A program made the translations under genes and the position numbers. A stretch of DNA of 64,000 nucleotides, taken from an uncultured Sandaracinus sp. (GTDB taxonomy: Bacteria > Myxococcota_A > Polyangia > Polyangiales > Sandaracinaceae). The DNA is taken from contig CAIKNO010000330.1 in the NCBI GenBank assembly GCA_903828805.1, forward strand, positions 1,096 to 65,095. The letters are read 5' to 3'. Shown piece after piece: positions 27,526 through 37,585 of this stretch (position 1 is the stretch's first letter; each line of letters starts with the position of its first letter). Under the pieces are notes generated by a model that saw only the letters and a list, made by a program, of their open reading frames with translations, had not been told where the DNA came from and searched no databases.

Positions 27526-29220
27526 GTGAGTCCTCCGACCGAACTACCGGACCCCGACGAATTCGACTTCGAAGACGGGGAGACGAGCGTGGGCACCGAC
27601 CTGTTCGGGACCCAGCAGGTGCCCGACTACCCCGTGCTGAGCCAGCTCGGGCGCTACGAGATCCTCGGGCGGATCGCCCGCGGCGGCATGGCCGAGGTCT
27701 ACCTCGCGCGCTGCCGCGAGGACGACGGATCGGTTCGTCACGTCGTCGTGAAGCGCGTGCTCACAGAGCTGCAACGCGACCCGGCCATCCTCCAGATGTT
27801 CCTCGAGGAAGGGCACATCGCGCACCGGCTCTTCCACCCGAACATCTGCCACGTCTACGAGAGCGGCGAGGTCGACGGCCGCACGTTCATGGCGCTCGAG
27901 TGGGTGCACGGCACCTCGCTCCGCGAGGCGGTGCAGCGCGCCGGTCCCCGCGGCGCGCTTCCGTTGCCGGTGGTGGCCCACGTCATCGCCCGGGTCGCCG
28001 ACGCGCTGGAGTACGTTCACCACGCGACCGGCATCGACGGGCGACCCCTCTCGATCATCCACCAGGACGTCACGCCCCACAACGTGATGATCAACTGGCG
28101 CGGGCAGGTGAAGCTGCTCGACTTCGGCATCGCGAAGACCGCCGCGCAGGCCAAGACCGGTGCCGCGACCCCGCAGGGCAAGTACGAGTACATGTCCCCC
28201 GAGCAGGTGCGCGGCGCGCCGATCGACGCGCGCTCCGACGTGTTCGCGCTCGGGGTCTGCCTGTACGAGGGGCTCGCGTCGCGGTCTCTGTACGGTCGTG
28301 ACGGCGGGATGGTGCAGGTGATGACGGCGATCGTCGAGGGCCCGGTCCCGTCGGCGCGGGCCGTCCGGCCCGACGTGCCGCGGGAGCTCGACGTCATCGT
28401 CCAGAAGGCCCTGGCCAAGCGGCCCGAGGAGCGCTGGGCGAGCGCAGGCGAGATGGCCCGCGCGCTCGATGCGTGGATCGCGTCGAAGGGCACGCCCGTC
28501 GCCGACGTGCGCGTCGCGATGTCGATCGGCAGCCTCTACTCCGTGGACGAGAAGACCCCGCTGCCCAAGCACGCGGCGCAGCTGACCGGGGCCCTGCCGG
28601 CGATGACCGACGAGCAGGCCAATGAACTTCTCGATCCGGGCGGCGGGTGGGCCGAGAGCTTCCGACACGACGACTTCGATCCGCCCGCGCCGATCGCCGC
28701 CTTCGCGCCCCCTCCGGCCACCCGAGCGCCGGTTCCTCCGGCGCGGAGCTTGCCGCCCCGCCGACCCTTGCCTCCCGCACCGGGTCTGAGGCCGCCGGCG
28801 TCCGACCTCGGCGCCCCGGCGGCCGGGGCGAGTCCGTTCGCGCACGCGCCGGCCCAGGCATTTCAGCCCGGGGCGAGTCCGTTCGCGCACGCGCCGGCCC
28901 CGGCGTTTCAGCCCGCGGCGCCCGGGGCGAGTTCGTTCGCGCACGCGCAGGCCCCGGCGTTTCAGCCCGCGGCGCCCCACCCGGGCCCAGCCGCGACCTC
29001 GTTCCCATCGGCGCCGGCCGCCACCGTCGGGCCATTGCCTGCCGCCCGGGCCTCGGCTCCAGTCGCCCGCTGGGCGATGGTCCGCAAGGTCGCCCCCTGG
29101 GCGATGGTCCGCAAGGTCGCGCTCGTGGCCCTCGCGGTCCTCGGCGTGGTCACGATCGCGGCAGGGCTCGTGCTCCTCGGGGTCGGGCTCTATCGCCTCG
29201 CGACGACCGGCGCGCTCTGA
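27526..29220 (+). CDS. Hanks-type Ser/Thr protein kinase with Pro/Ala-rich tail and C-terminal TM helix
   Basis: IARGGMAEVY, VVKR, HQDVTPHN, LLDFGIAK, GKYEYMSPEQ, DVFALG; GGAG before GTG 27526. Confidence 0.93.
   Translation: MSPPTELPDPDEFDFEDGETSVGTDLFGTQQVPDYPVLSQLGRYEILGRIARGGMAEVYLARCREDDGSVRHVVVKRVLTELQRDPAILQMFLEEGHIAHRLFHPNICHVYESGEVDGRTFMALEWVHGTSLREAVQRAGPRGALPLPVVAHVIARVADALEYVHHATGIDGRPLSIIHQDVTPHNVMINWRGQVKLLDFGIAKTAAQAKTGAATPQGKYEYMSPEQVRGAPIDARSDVFALGVCLYEGLASRSLYGRDGGMVQVMTAIVEGPVPSARAVRPDVPRELDVIVQKALAKRPEERWASAGEMARALDAWIASKGTPVADVRVAMSIGSLYSVDEKTPLPKHAAQLTGALPAMTDEQANELLDPGGGWAESFRHDDFDPPAPIAAFAPPPATRAPVPPARSLPPRRPLPPAPGLRPPASDLGAPAAGASPFAHAPAQAFQPGASPFAHAPAPAFQPAAPGASSFAHAQAPAFQPAAPHPGPAATSFPSAPAATVGPLPAARASAPVARWAMVRKVAPWAMVRKVALVALAVLGVVTIAAGLVLLGVGLYRLATTGAL
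28825..28975 (+). repeat. Three imperfect GAS(P/S)FAHA(P/Q)AxAFQP coding repeats
   Basis: GGGGCGAGT(C/T)CGTTCGCGCACGCG occurs three times in the kinase tail. Confidence 0.85.
29071..29120 (+). repeat. Tandem duplication TGGGCGATGGTCCGCAAGGTCGC (WAMVRKVA x2, 27-bp period)
   Basis: Two exact 23-bp copies at 29071-29093 and 29098-29120. Confidence 0.9.
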
Positions 29221-29295
29221 TCTCGGGCGGGGCCGGGCGTCTGCACCGAACGGAGTCGCCCGGCGGAGACGCCCAGCGGCGCGCCTCGTGTTCGC

Positions 29296-30903
29296 TCACA
29301 CGCCCCTCGGCTCGAGCCACGAGAAGAACGTCGCCATGCACGCCCGCTGCTCGGGCGGCATGTACTCGAAGTTCCGCCCGCGATCGATGATCTCCCAGAA
29401 ATCCTTGGTGGTGACGCCCTCGAGCGCCGCGCGGATCTGCGCGCGCCGCGCCGGCGGCTCGTCCCTCAGGTCGTCGGCGATCCTCCGCGCGCGGGCCTCC
29501 TCGCCTCGCCACAGGTAATACGCCGCGAGCTTGACCTGGGCCTTGCGGACCCCGAGCAACGCGCTCTCCTGCGACTGCGAGCGCAGCGGTCGGTCGAGCT
29601 CGAGGAACTGCGAGAGCATCTCGTCCTGGTCGGCGCGGCCGAGCTCGTGGGCCTGCTGGCAGAGGGTCCCGACGTCGTACGCGATGGTCTCGGTCACGAA
29701 CGTGAGCTTCATGTCGAAGCTCACGTGACCGTAATAGATCATGTGCCGCACGCCCTCACGGGCCGCGTCCGCGCTGCCGTCGCGCAGCAGCGACTCGACC
29801 AGGAGCCGGTACTGGTTGAGCACGTTGTACGCGGTGCGGACCTCGCGCGCGTTGAGCGTCGCGCGGAGGTAGCTGTTCATGAACCGGTAGACGAGCCCCA
29901 CGAGCTCCGCGTCGCCGGCCCGGCTCGCGGCCTCCCCCACGTAGCGCGTGTCGATCGCGATCAGGTAGTTGATGTCGCGCATCGAGCCCAGCGCCTCGTT
30001 GTAGATGCCGAGGTACTGCCGCATCACCTTCCACTCGACCCAGGTCCGCCGCCCCTCGAGATCGACGAGGGACTCCGGGTCCATCGCGACGAAGTCCGGG
30101 TTGTCGCGGAGGCCTTCGCCCAGCCGGAACCATCCCTCGCTCGCGCGCGGCTTCAGCTCGAGGTACGCGAGCGCGAAGTCCCGCAGCGCATCGACCGCGC
30201 CGCTCGCGATGATCTTGTCCTTGCCGCTGATCGAGTTGCTCGTCAGGTCGGTGAGTTCTTCCATGCCCCCGAGGGTCGACGACTGCGCGGCCGCGATCTC
30301 CGCAGGATCCCGCGCCGCCGCCCCGCGCTCCGCCTGCCGGATCGCATCCCGCCGGATTCGCCGCACGATGTTCATCGGCTCGAGGAACCAGAACACGTAG
30401 CCGAAGTAGGGCGCCATCAGCACGAGGCCGATCGTCGTCATCCCCATCATCGCCAGCAGCGCGGCGCGGGGCACGAAGTCGTGGTGCAACGAGAAGCTCG
30501 TCCACACGCCGACCACGCACGCGACGAGGTAGAACCCCATCACCCCGAGGTTGACGCGGTCCCGGAGGAACATCCTGGCGACGCCGGTGTACCTGTCCGC
30601 CGAGAGCTGCACGATGATCGAGACGACCGTCACGACGATGCCGAAGATCGTCGCGATGTTGCCGGCGAGCGAACTGATCGCGTCGGTGATCGTGACCGGG
30701 TCGAAGTCGAGGAAGCGCTCGAGCGCGTTCTCCGCGCTGTGGTCGTGCGGCCCCCCGAAGAAGCGGTGGTCGAGCGTGTAGCTGGTCGCGAACACGAAGA
30801 GCGCCGCGCCGAGCAGCACGGCGATGGGCAGCGCCCACGTCCTGCCGACCGAGCGCGTCCGCCCCTCCCGCGCCCTCGATCTGCGTTCTTCGTCGTTCGG
30901 CAC
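29296..30903 (-). CDS. DUF2254-like membrane protein
   Basis: Four N-terminal TM helices with IVVTVVSIIVQLSADRYT, then a helical soluble domain ending FWEIIDRGRNFEY. Start uncertain. Confidence 0.7.
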   Translation of the reverse strand: MPNDEERRSRAREGRTRSVGRTWALPIAVLLGAALFVFATSYTLDHRFFGGPHDHSAENALERFLDFDPVTITDAISSLAGNIATIFGIVVTVVSIIVQLSADRYTGVARMFLRDRVNLGVMGFYLVACVVGVWTSFSLHHDFVPRAALLAMMGMTTIGLVLMAPYFGYVFWFLEPMNIVRRIRRDAIRQAERGAAARDPAEIAAAQSSTLGGMEELTDLTSNSISGKDKIIASGAVDALRDFALAYLELKPRASEGWFRLGEGLRDNPDFVAMDPESLVDLEGRRTWVEWKVMRQYLGIYNEALGSMRDINYLIAIDTRYVGEAASRAGDAELVGLVYRFMNSYLRATLNAREVRTAYNVLNQYRLLVESLLRDGSADAAREGVRHMIYYGHVSFDMKLTFVTETIAYDVGTLCQQAHELGRADQDEMLSQFLELDRPLRSQSQESALLGVRKAQVKLAAYYLWRGEEARARRIADDLRDEPPARRAQIRAALEGVTTKDFWEIIDRGRNFEYMPPEQRACMATFFSWLEPRGV

Positions 30904-30982
30904 GCGCGGAGTATCCCCGCGCACGACGCCCCTGCAAAGCCGCCTGAAAGAAGGCGTCGCCCGCAGGCCACACGCCGCGCGC

Positions 30983-32569
30983 TCAGGCCGCCACGGCGGG
31001 GACGGGTCCCGTCCGGATCAGGTGGTCGAACGCCGAGAGGGCGGCCTTCGCCCCGTCGCCCATCGCGATCACGATCTGCTTGTAGGGCACCGTCGTCACG
31101 TCGCCCGCCGCGAACACCCCGGGCACCGACGTCTGCCCGCGCGCGTCCACCTCGATCTCTCCCCGCGGGCTGAGCGCGAGGGTCCCCGCGAGCCAGTCGG
31201 TGTTCGGGGAGAGCCCGATCTGGACGAACACCCCGTCGAGGGCGAGCTCGCGCTCGACGCGGGAGGCCCTGTCCCGGTGTCGCAGGCCGGTCACCTTCGC
31301 CCCGTCGCCGACGACCTCGAGGGTCTGCGCGTGGGTGACGATCTCGACGTTCGGCAAGCTGCGGAGCCTCGCCACGAGCACCGCGTCGGCCCGCAGCGCC
31401 GGCTCGAACTCCAGCAGGGTCACGTGGCGCACCAGCCCCGCGAGATCGATGGCCGCCTCGACGCCCGAGTTGCCGCCCCCGACGACCGCGACCCTCTTGC
31501 CCTCGAACAGGGGGCCGTCGCAGTGCGGGCAGTAGGCCACGCCGCGGCCGCGGTACGCCCGCTCTCCGGGCACGTTCAGCTCGCGCCAGCGGGCCCCGGT
31601 CGCGAGGATGACCGTGCGGGCCGAGAGCGTGGCGCCGCCCTCGAGGCGCACGCGCGACAGGCCGTCCGCGTCCGGGGGCGAGAGGGCGGCCCCGCGCTCT
31701 TGCAGGATCAACTCGACGTCGTGATCGGCGACGTGCGCCTCGAGGGCGCGCGCGAGCCTCGGCCCCTCCGTCGCCGGCGCCGCGATCAGGTTCTCGATGC
31801 CCATCGTGTCGAGCACTTGGCCCCCGAAACGGTCCGCGACGACGCCCGTGCGGATCCCTTTGCGGGCCGCGTAGATCGCCGCCGCGGCGCCCGCCGGACC
31901 ACCGCCGACGACGAGCACGTCGAAGGGCTCGAGATCCTGCAGCCGGTCGGCGCGGGCAGAGGCGGCCTGGGCCGCGCGGCCCACGTCGACCTTCTGCAGG
32001 ATCTCCTCGAGCGACATCCGACCCTGGCCGAGGGGGGCTCCGTTCACGAAGACCGCCGGCACCGCCATCAGGCCCCGGGCGGCCACCTCGTCGGGGAACA
32101 CGGCCCCGTCGACCATCGTGCTCGTGATGCGGGGGTTCAGCACCGCGAGCACGTTCAGCGCCTGCACGACGTCGGGGCAGTTGTGGCACGAGAGCGACAC
32201 GAAGACCTCGCACGCGAGCGGGCCCTCGAGCGCCTCGATCCGCGCGCGGGTGGCCGCGTCGATCCGGGGCGGGTGCCCGCCCACCTGCAGGAGCGCGAGC
32301 ACGAGCGAGGTGAACTCGTGGCCCATCGGGACGCCGGCGAATCGGACGCGCGCCTCCTGCCCGGGCCGCCCGATCGAGAACGACGGGCGCCGGTCGTCCT
32401 GCCCATCGAGGCGGACCGAGATCGACGCGCTGAGCGCCCCGAGATCGGCGAGTAGCGTGCGGAGCGCGTCGGAGGACGCCGACGCATCGAGCGAGGCGCG
32501 GAGCTCGATCGGGTGCGCGATGCGGGCGAGGTGACCCTTCAACTGGGTCTCGAGCGTGGGGTCCAGCAT
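30983..32569 (-). CDS. ahpF: Alkyl hydroperoxide reductase subunit F
   Basis: [59 protein letters not shown]. Confidence 0.97.
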   Translation of the reverse strand: MLDPTLETQLKGHLARIAHPIELRASLDASASSDALRTLLADLGALSASISVRLDGQDDRRPSFSIGRPGQEARVRFAGVPMGHEFTSLVLALLQVGGHPPRIDAATRARIEALEGPLACEVFVSLSCHNCPDVVQALNVLAVLNPRITSTMVDGAVFPDEVAARGLMAVPAVFVNGAPLGQGRMSLEEILQKVDVGRAAQAASARADRLQDLEPFDVLVVGGGPAGAAAAIYAARKGIRTGVVADRFGGQVLDTMGIENLIAAPATEGPRLARALEAHVADHDVELILQERGAALSPPDADGLSRVRLEGGATLSARTVILATGARWRELNVPGERAYRGRGVAYCPHCDGPLFEGKRVAVVGGGNSGVEAAIDLAGLVRHVTLLEFEPALRADAVLVARLRSLPNVEIVTHAQTLEVVGDGAKVTGLRHRDRASRVERELALDGVFVQIGLSPNTDWLAGTLALSPRGEIEVDARGQTSVPGVFAAGDVTTVPYKQIVIAMGDGAKAALSAFDHLIRTGPVPAVAA

Positions 32570-32651
32570 GGGATGGCTCCAGGAAGGTGGAAGGTTTCGG
32601 TGGGGGGCCCCGACGCCACGGTCGGGCACCGGTGCGGTCGCAGGCGCGCCG

Positions 32652-33230
32652 TCAGAGCTTGCCGACGAGGTCGAGCGAGGGCGCGAGCGTGGCCGCGCCC
32701 GGCGTCCACTTCGCCGGGCAGACCTCGCCGGGGTGCGACGCGACGTAGAGCGCGGCCTGCACCTTGCGGAGCAGCTCCCGGGCGTCGCGGCCGATCCCGT
32801 TGTCGTGGATCTCGCAGAGCTTGATGACGCCTTGGGGGTTGACGACGAACGTGCCCCGCAACGCGAGGCCGTCCTCCTCGACCATGACGCCGAAGTTCCG
32901 CGCGAGCGTGCCGGTCGGGTCGCCGACGAGGGGGTAGCGGACCTTGCCGACCGTGTCGGAGTGGTCGTGCCAGGCCTTGTGGGTGAAGTGCGTATCGGTG
33001 CTCACGCCGTAGAGCTCGACGCCGAGGGCGCGGAAGGTCTCGTGATGGTCGGCGAGGTCGCCGAGCTCGGTCGGGCAGACGAAGGTGAAGTCGGCCGGGT
33101 AGAAGAAGAGCACCGACCACCGGCCCAGGAGGTCGGCCTCGGTCACCGGGACGAACTGTCCCTCGTGGTAGGCGGTCGCGCGGAAGGGCTGCACCGTGGT
33201 GTTGATGAGGGACGCGTGGCTCTTGGACAT
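32652..33230 (-). CDS. ahpC: Alkyl hydroperoxide reductase subunit C (peroxiredoxin)
   Basis: [38 protein letters not shown]. Confidence 0.97.
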   Translation of the reverse strand: MSKSHASLINTTVQPFRATAYHEGQFVPVTEADLLGRWSVLFFYPADFTFVCPTELGDLADHHETFRALGVELYGVSTDTHFTHKAWHDHSDTVGKVRYPLVGDPTGTLARNFGVMVEEDGLALRGTFVVNPQGVIKLCEIHDNGIGRDARELLRKVQAALYVASHPGEVCPAKWTPGAATLAPSLDLVGKL

Positions 33231-33323
33231 GGGGAACTCCTCTCGAGGTGGGACACCGACGAACCGATGAGGGCACCGTGGCGTGGGCCGTCGAGCCGCG
33301 CCGACACATCGTTCCGAACGCTC

Positions 33324-33342
33324 CGATAGGACGCCGCTATCG
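33324..33342. promoter_or_regulatory. OxyR-type (LysR) box
   Basis: CGATAG-N7-CTATCG perfect inverted repeat (ATAG-N7-CTAT) about 95 bp upstream of ahpC. Confidence 0.65.
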
Positions 33343-33463
33343 CGCTCCACGCGGGCGACGGGCCCCGGGAATGCAGGCCGGCAGCCTCGAGACCGGGGGA
33401 TCGACGCCTCCCGCGCACGACGCCCCTGCACCCCCCGAGGTGGCTGGACTATCCTCGCGGGCG

Positions 33464-34570
33464 ATGCGGAGACGATTCGCCGTGGCTGCGACGCTCGCCT
33501 GGCTCGCCTGGGCGGGGCTGGCCACGGCCGACGACGACGAGATCCGCGCGGCGACGCTGGTCCGGACGGACTCCGATGGGACCCAGGTCGTGTCGCCCTC
33601 GGCGCGCGGCCGCGTGCAGGTCCTCGACGAGGACACGCACTTCGACGTCGAGTACGTCGCCGACGTGTGGACCAGCGCGTCCATCGACGTCCGCACCGCG
33701 GCGACCCTGCCGGTGACCGAGCAGCGGGACGAGATCGACGTGGGGCTCGACCGGCGCTTCGAGGATGTCCTGGTGCGCGGCAGCTACCGGTACTCCGCGG
33801 AGCACGACTACCAGAGCCACGGCGGCACCCTCTCGGGCAGCGCCGACTTCGCCGATCACAACACCACGCTCGAGCTGCGCCTCACGGCCCAGCACGACAC
33901 CATCGGCCGCTCCGGCGATCCCCTCTTCCAGAGGCCGCAGACGGTGTTCGGGGGGCGCGCCGCGTACACGCAGGTCATCGACCCGAACATGCTCGTGCAG
34001 GCCGCCTACGAGCTCGTGCGGGTGGAGGGCTTCCAGAGCTCGCCGTACCGGTTCGTGGGCATCGGCGGCGATGGCCGATGCGCTGGCACCGCGCAGCTCT
34101 GCGTGCCCGAGACGCACCCCGATGCCCGTACCCGACACGCGATCGTCGTGCGCGCGCGGCGGGCCCTGGACGACCAGCTCTCGCTGCACGCCGACTACCG
34201 GTTCTACGCCGACGACTGGGGCCTTCTCGCGCACACCGCGGCGGTGCAAGCCAGCTGGATGCACGACGAGCGGGGGCTCTTCGCGCTGCGCTATCGCTTC
34301 CACGACCAGGGGGCCGCGGCCTTCTACCGATCGAGCTATCCGATGCCCACCTTCACGCTCCTCTACGCGTCCCGGGACCGCGAGCTGTCCCCGCTGACGA
34401 GCCATCGCGTCTCGCTCGCCTACGAGCGCGAGTTCGAGCTGGGCGAGGCCGGGCCGCCGCTCCGGGTGGCGGTGGCGCTCGGCGGCACCGCGCTCGACTA
34501 CCACGACTTCGTCGGGCTCTCGCAGGTGCTCGCCGGCGACGCGACCCTCTCGCTCTCGGTGGAGCTGTGA
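33464..34570 (+). CDS. DUF3570 family outer-membrane protein
   Basis: Signal peptide; YVADVWTSASIDV, YSAEHDYQS, GFQSSPYR, PETHPDARTR, YRFYADDWG, RYRFHDQ, DRELS. Confidence 0.88.
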   Translation: MRRRFAVAATLAWLAWAGLATADDDEIRAATLVRTDSDGTQVVSPSARGRVQVLDEDTHFDVEYVADVWTSASIDVRTAATLPVTEQRDEIDVGLDRRFEDVLVRGSYRYSAEHDYQSHGGTLSGSADFADHNTTLELRLTAQHDTIGRSGDPLFQRPQTVFGGRAAYTQVIDPNMLVQAAYELVRVEGFQSSPYRFVGIGGDGRCAGTAQLCVPETHPDARTRHAIVVRARRALDDQLSLHADYRFYADDWGLLAHTAAVQASWMHDERGLFALRYRFHDQGAAAFYRSSYPMPTFTLLYASRDRELSPLTSHRVSLAYEREFELGEAGPPLRVAVALGGTALDYHDFVGLSQVLAGDATLSLSVEL

Positions 34571-35880
34571 GCCGACATCCCGTCACCGCGCGCGGAATCC
34601 GCGGGGGCGCGGCCGCGCTCGCGCTCGCGTTCGCAGCCTCCGTGGCCCACGCGCAGCCACCCTCGACGTCCGGCCCAGGGCGCGCGACGGAGGGGGCCGA
34701 CGCCGCGTTCGAGGCCTCGATCGCCGAGGGCGAGGGCGCGCACGCGGCGCGCACGGCGACCCTGATGGTCCTCGCGGCGCGCGACACGCCGGACGCGGTT
34801 CTCCGCGACGCGCGCGCCCTCCTCGCGGAGGCCGGCACGCTCGTCGATCCGGACGGCTACGAGCGCGAAGCGCGCGCACGGGGGCTGCCTCCAGAGAGCG
34901 CCGAGGCGATGGCCGCGATCCTGCCCATCACCCATCCGGAGCTGAGCCTCGTGGTCGTGGTCGGCGTCAACAGCCCCACCCGACCGACGCTCGTGTCGCT
35001 CGCCTACCACGATCCCTTCGGGCTCCGGATGCTCGACGAAGATCACCCGATCGCCGGCGGGGTGATGACCGGCTCGGCGCGGGTCCGTGCCCTGGCCGAG
35101 GCGCGTCTCGCGCTGGCGGTCGTCACCCGGCCGGTGGGCGGCCTGCAAGAGGTCGGCGGAGGCGTGGTGCCGGGCGAGCGCGCCCCGGGGCTCGCGGTGC
35201 ACGTCGGGGTCGCCGCCGGCGCGGGGATCGGCACGCGCGACTTCGAGCTCGCGACCGGGACCGGCGTCCTCGCGCTCGGCACCACGGTGTTCCCCGCCGC
35301 GGCGATGCAGCTCTCGGTGGATGTCGAGCCGACGGCGCGCGGCCAGGAGACGCTCGGCTTCGACCTCGAATACCAGACGAGCTTCGGACTCGTCACGACG
35401 GACATGCGGGTGGACGGCAGCCTCCGCGAGACCGGCTCGCGCAGCCAGCGGATCGTCGCCGCGCTCCGGCTGCTCCACCGCTTCGACGAGGCGCTCGACG
35501 CGCCCTCGCTGACGCTCTCACTGGCGTGGTCGGCGCTCAGCTTCTCGTCGATCGCGCCCGTCACGCTGCCCGACTACGGCCTGCAAGGGCCCGTGCTCGC
35601 CATCGGCGTGATCGTGCCCTTCGCGGGCGGCGCGGCCAGCCTCGTGCTCGTCCCCGAGGCGCAGTGGGTGGCCCTCGTGGGAGACTCGCTCGCCGCGCTC
35701 GGCGCGTCGCCGAACGGCTTCGCCCTGGGCGGTTCGGCCCGCCTCCGGGTGCGGCTGCTCGACCAGCTCTTCGGAGAGCTCGCCGTCCGCGAGAGCCACG
35801 CGTTTCTCGAGACCGCGTCCCCGGGCGGCGGGCGGGACGTGGAGCGCTTCGCGACGGTGCGCCTCGAGTACCGCCCCTGA
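34567..35880 (+). CDS. Hypothetical exported protein with C-terminal beta-barrel-like region
   Basis: GTGA overlap with the DUF3570 stop; signal peptide ending AHA; alternating strands ending VRLEYRP. Confidence 0.7.
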   Translation: MSRHPVTARGIRGGAAALALAFAASVAHAQPPSTSGPGRATEGADAAFEASIAEGEGAHAARTATLMVLAARDTPDAVLRDARALLAEAGTLVDPDGYEREARARGLPPESAEAMAAILPITHPELSLVVVVGVNSPTRPTLVSLAYHDPFGLRMLDEDHPIAGGVMTGSARVRALAEARLALAVVTRPVGGLQEVGGGVVPGERAPGLAVHVGVAAGAGIGTRDFELATGTGVLALGTTVFPAAAMQLSVDVEPTARGQETLGFDLEYQTSFGLVTTDMRVDGSLRETGSRSQRIVAALRLLHRFDEALDAPSLTLSLAWSALSFSSIAPVTLPDYGLQGPVLAIGVIVPFAGGAASLVLVPEAQWVALVGDSLAALGASPNGFALGGSARLRVRLLDQLFGELAVRESHAFLETASPGGGRDVERFATVRLEYRP

Positions 35881-35959
35881 CCCCGGGGACTGCGCCGACC
35901 GACGTGCGCCTCGGACCTTCACGCGCCTCCCGACGCGCGGCGCGCTAGCCTCGGGGTGC

Positions 35960-36841
35960 ATGCCCTTCCTCCTGACCGCCGCCGAACACGCCGCACGCTG
36001 GGCCTTGCACCGCACCGGCGTGACCAGCCGGAGGATCGAGACCCCGGTGGGCCGCATGCACGTGCTCGATGGGAGGGGCGGTGGCGACGGCGCGCCCATC
36101 GTCCTGCTCCACGGGATCGGGGCGTCGGCGACGCCCTACGCGCCCGTCCTGGCGCGGGTCCGCCCCCATGTGAGGCGCGTCATCGCCCCCGATCTGCCCG
36201 GCCACGGGTTCAGCGAGGCGCCTCCGCGCGGGCTCGATCCCGACCGCCTCTTCGAGGTCGTGCGCGACGCCCTCGACGCGGTCCTCGACGGCCCGGCCGT
36301 GATCTGCGGCGGCTCGCTCGGAGGCGCCCTCGCGATGCGCTACGCCGCGGAGCGGCCGCACCTCACCGCGTCCCTGGTCCTGCTCTCGCCGGCGGGCGCC
36401 CGGCTCACCGAGGACGAGCTCGACACGCTGCGGGGCCACTTCGACATGAAGGATCGACGCGATGCGCTCGCGTTCTGCCGGCGCCTCTACCACCGGCCGC
36501 CGCGCAGCCTGCCCCTCGTCGCGGGGGAGATCCGCGCGCGTCTGACACGGGATGTGGTGCGCGACCTGCTCGCCTCCGCGCGGACCTCGCACGCGGTCAC
36601 GCCCGAGACGCTCGCCGGCCTCAAGATGCCGGTGGTGCTGGTGTGGGGCCGGTCGGAGCGGCTCCTACCGCCGAGCGCGCTCGCGTATTTCCGGGCGCAC
36701 CTGCCCGCCCACGCCCGCATCGAGGAGCCCGAAGGGCTCGGGCATTGCCCCCACCTCGACGACCCCGCGCAGGTCGCCCGCGTGCTGCTCGAGGCCGCGC
36801 GGAGGTCCGCCCCGCCGGACCCCTCGACCGCCCCCGGGTGA
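35960..36841 (+). CDS. Alpha/beta hydrolase
   Basis: LLHGIG, APDLPGHG, GGSLGG nucleophile elbow, GHCPH. Confidence 0.9.
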   Translation: MPFLLTAAEHAARWALHRTGVTSRRIETPVGRMHVLDGRGGGDGAPIVLLHGIGASATPYAPVLARVRPHVRRVIAPDLPGHGFSEAPPRGLDPDRLFEVVRDALDAVLDGPAVICGGSLGGALAMRYAAERPHLTASLVLLSPAGARLTEDELDTLRGHFDMKDRRDALAFCRRLYHRPPRSLPLVAGEIRARLTRDVVRDLLASARTSHAVTPETLAGLKMPVVLVWGRSERLLPPSALAYFRAHLPAHARIEEPEGLGHCPHLDDPAQVARVLLEAARRSAPPDPSTAPG

Positions 36842-37585
36842 GCCCCCGGCGCGGCGACGCGCGCTCCGCACGACGAGCGCGGCGAGCGCGGCGAGCCAGA
36901 CCGCGAGGGGCGCGGCGCCGATCCCCGGGCCGGACACCGCGCAGCGCTGCGACAGCCGCGCCGTCTCGAGCGCCGGCGCATCGCGGGCCGGCAGGGCGAA
37001 CGCGACGGCGGCGACACCATCCCCCTCGGGGTCGCCGCTTCCGTCGCTGACGACGAGCCCCGCGAAGAGGCGGAGGTCGGGCACCGCCGTCGATGGCGCC
37101 GTCCATCGCACCCGCGCGCGCCTCGCCCCGCATGCCGAGGTCCGCGCGACGAAGCGACCTTCGAGGGGGAGCAACGCCGTCGCGCCCTCGCCTCCCGGGC
37201 CGCAGCGATCCTCGTCGGTGAGCGCCCCTTCGGGCAACGCCATGAGTCGACCGACCCCATGGCCCGCGCCGTCGGCGAGCTCGAGGACCGCGGACGCGAA
37301 GCGCGCGTCCGCCGGGAAGGCGAGCTCGAACTCGTACGTCTCACCAGGCTGGTACCCGAGGGGCGGCAGGCCACCGAGCGCCAGCGCAGGCGCGACGCCG
37401 CCGCGATGGCACACGCCGCACCCGTATCCGTCGGCCGGCGCCCCGGTGAACGCGCGCCCCTCGGTCCCGCCCTCGAGCGCCGGGGCGTCGAACCTGCCGG
37501 GGTCGAGGTAGGCGGACGCGCGCCCCGCCGGCAGCGCCGCGACGGCGGCGAGGCAGACCATCCGGCCCCATCGAGCGCGGCTCAT
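36665..37585 (-). CDS. Exported CxxCH protein with Reeler-like domain and MYXO-CTERM-like anchor
   Basis: Signal peptide; FTGAPADGYGCGVCH; GYQPGETY, WTAP; CAVS + TM + RRR tail. The ORF runs 177 bp into the convergent hydrolase gene. Confidence 0.7.
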   Translation of the reverse strand: MSRARWGRMVCLAAVAALPAGRASAYLDPGRFDAPALEGGTEGRAFTGAPADGYGCGVCHRGGVAPALALGGLPPLGYQPGETYEFELAFPADARFASAVLELADGAGHGVGRLMALPEGALTDEDRCGPGGEGATALLPLEGRFVARTSACGARRARVRWTAPSTAVPDLRLFAGLVVSDGSGDPEGDGVAAVAFALPARDAPALETARLSQRCAVSGPGIGAAPLAVWLAALAALVVRSARRRAGGSPGGGRGVRRGGPPRGLEQHAGDLRGVVEVGAMPEPFGLLDAGVGGQVRPEIRERARR

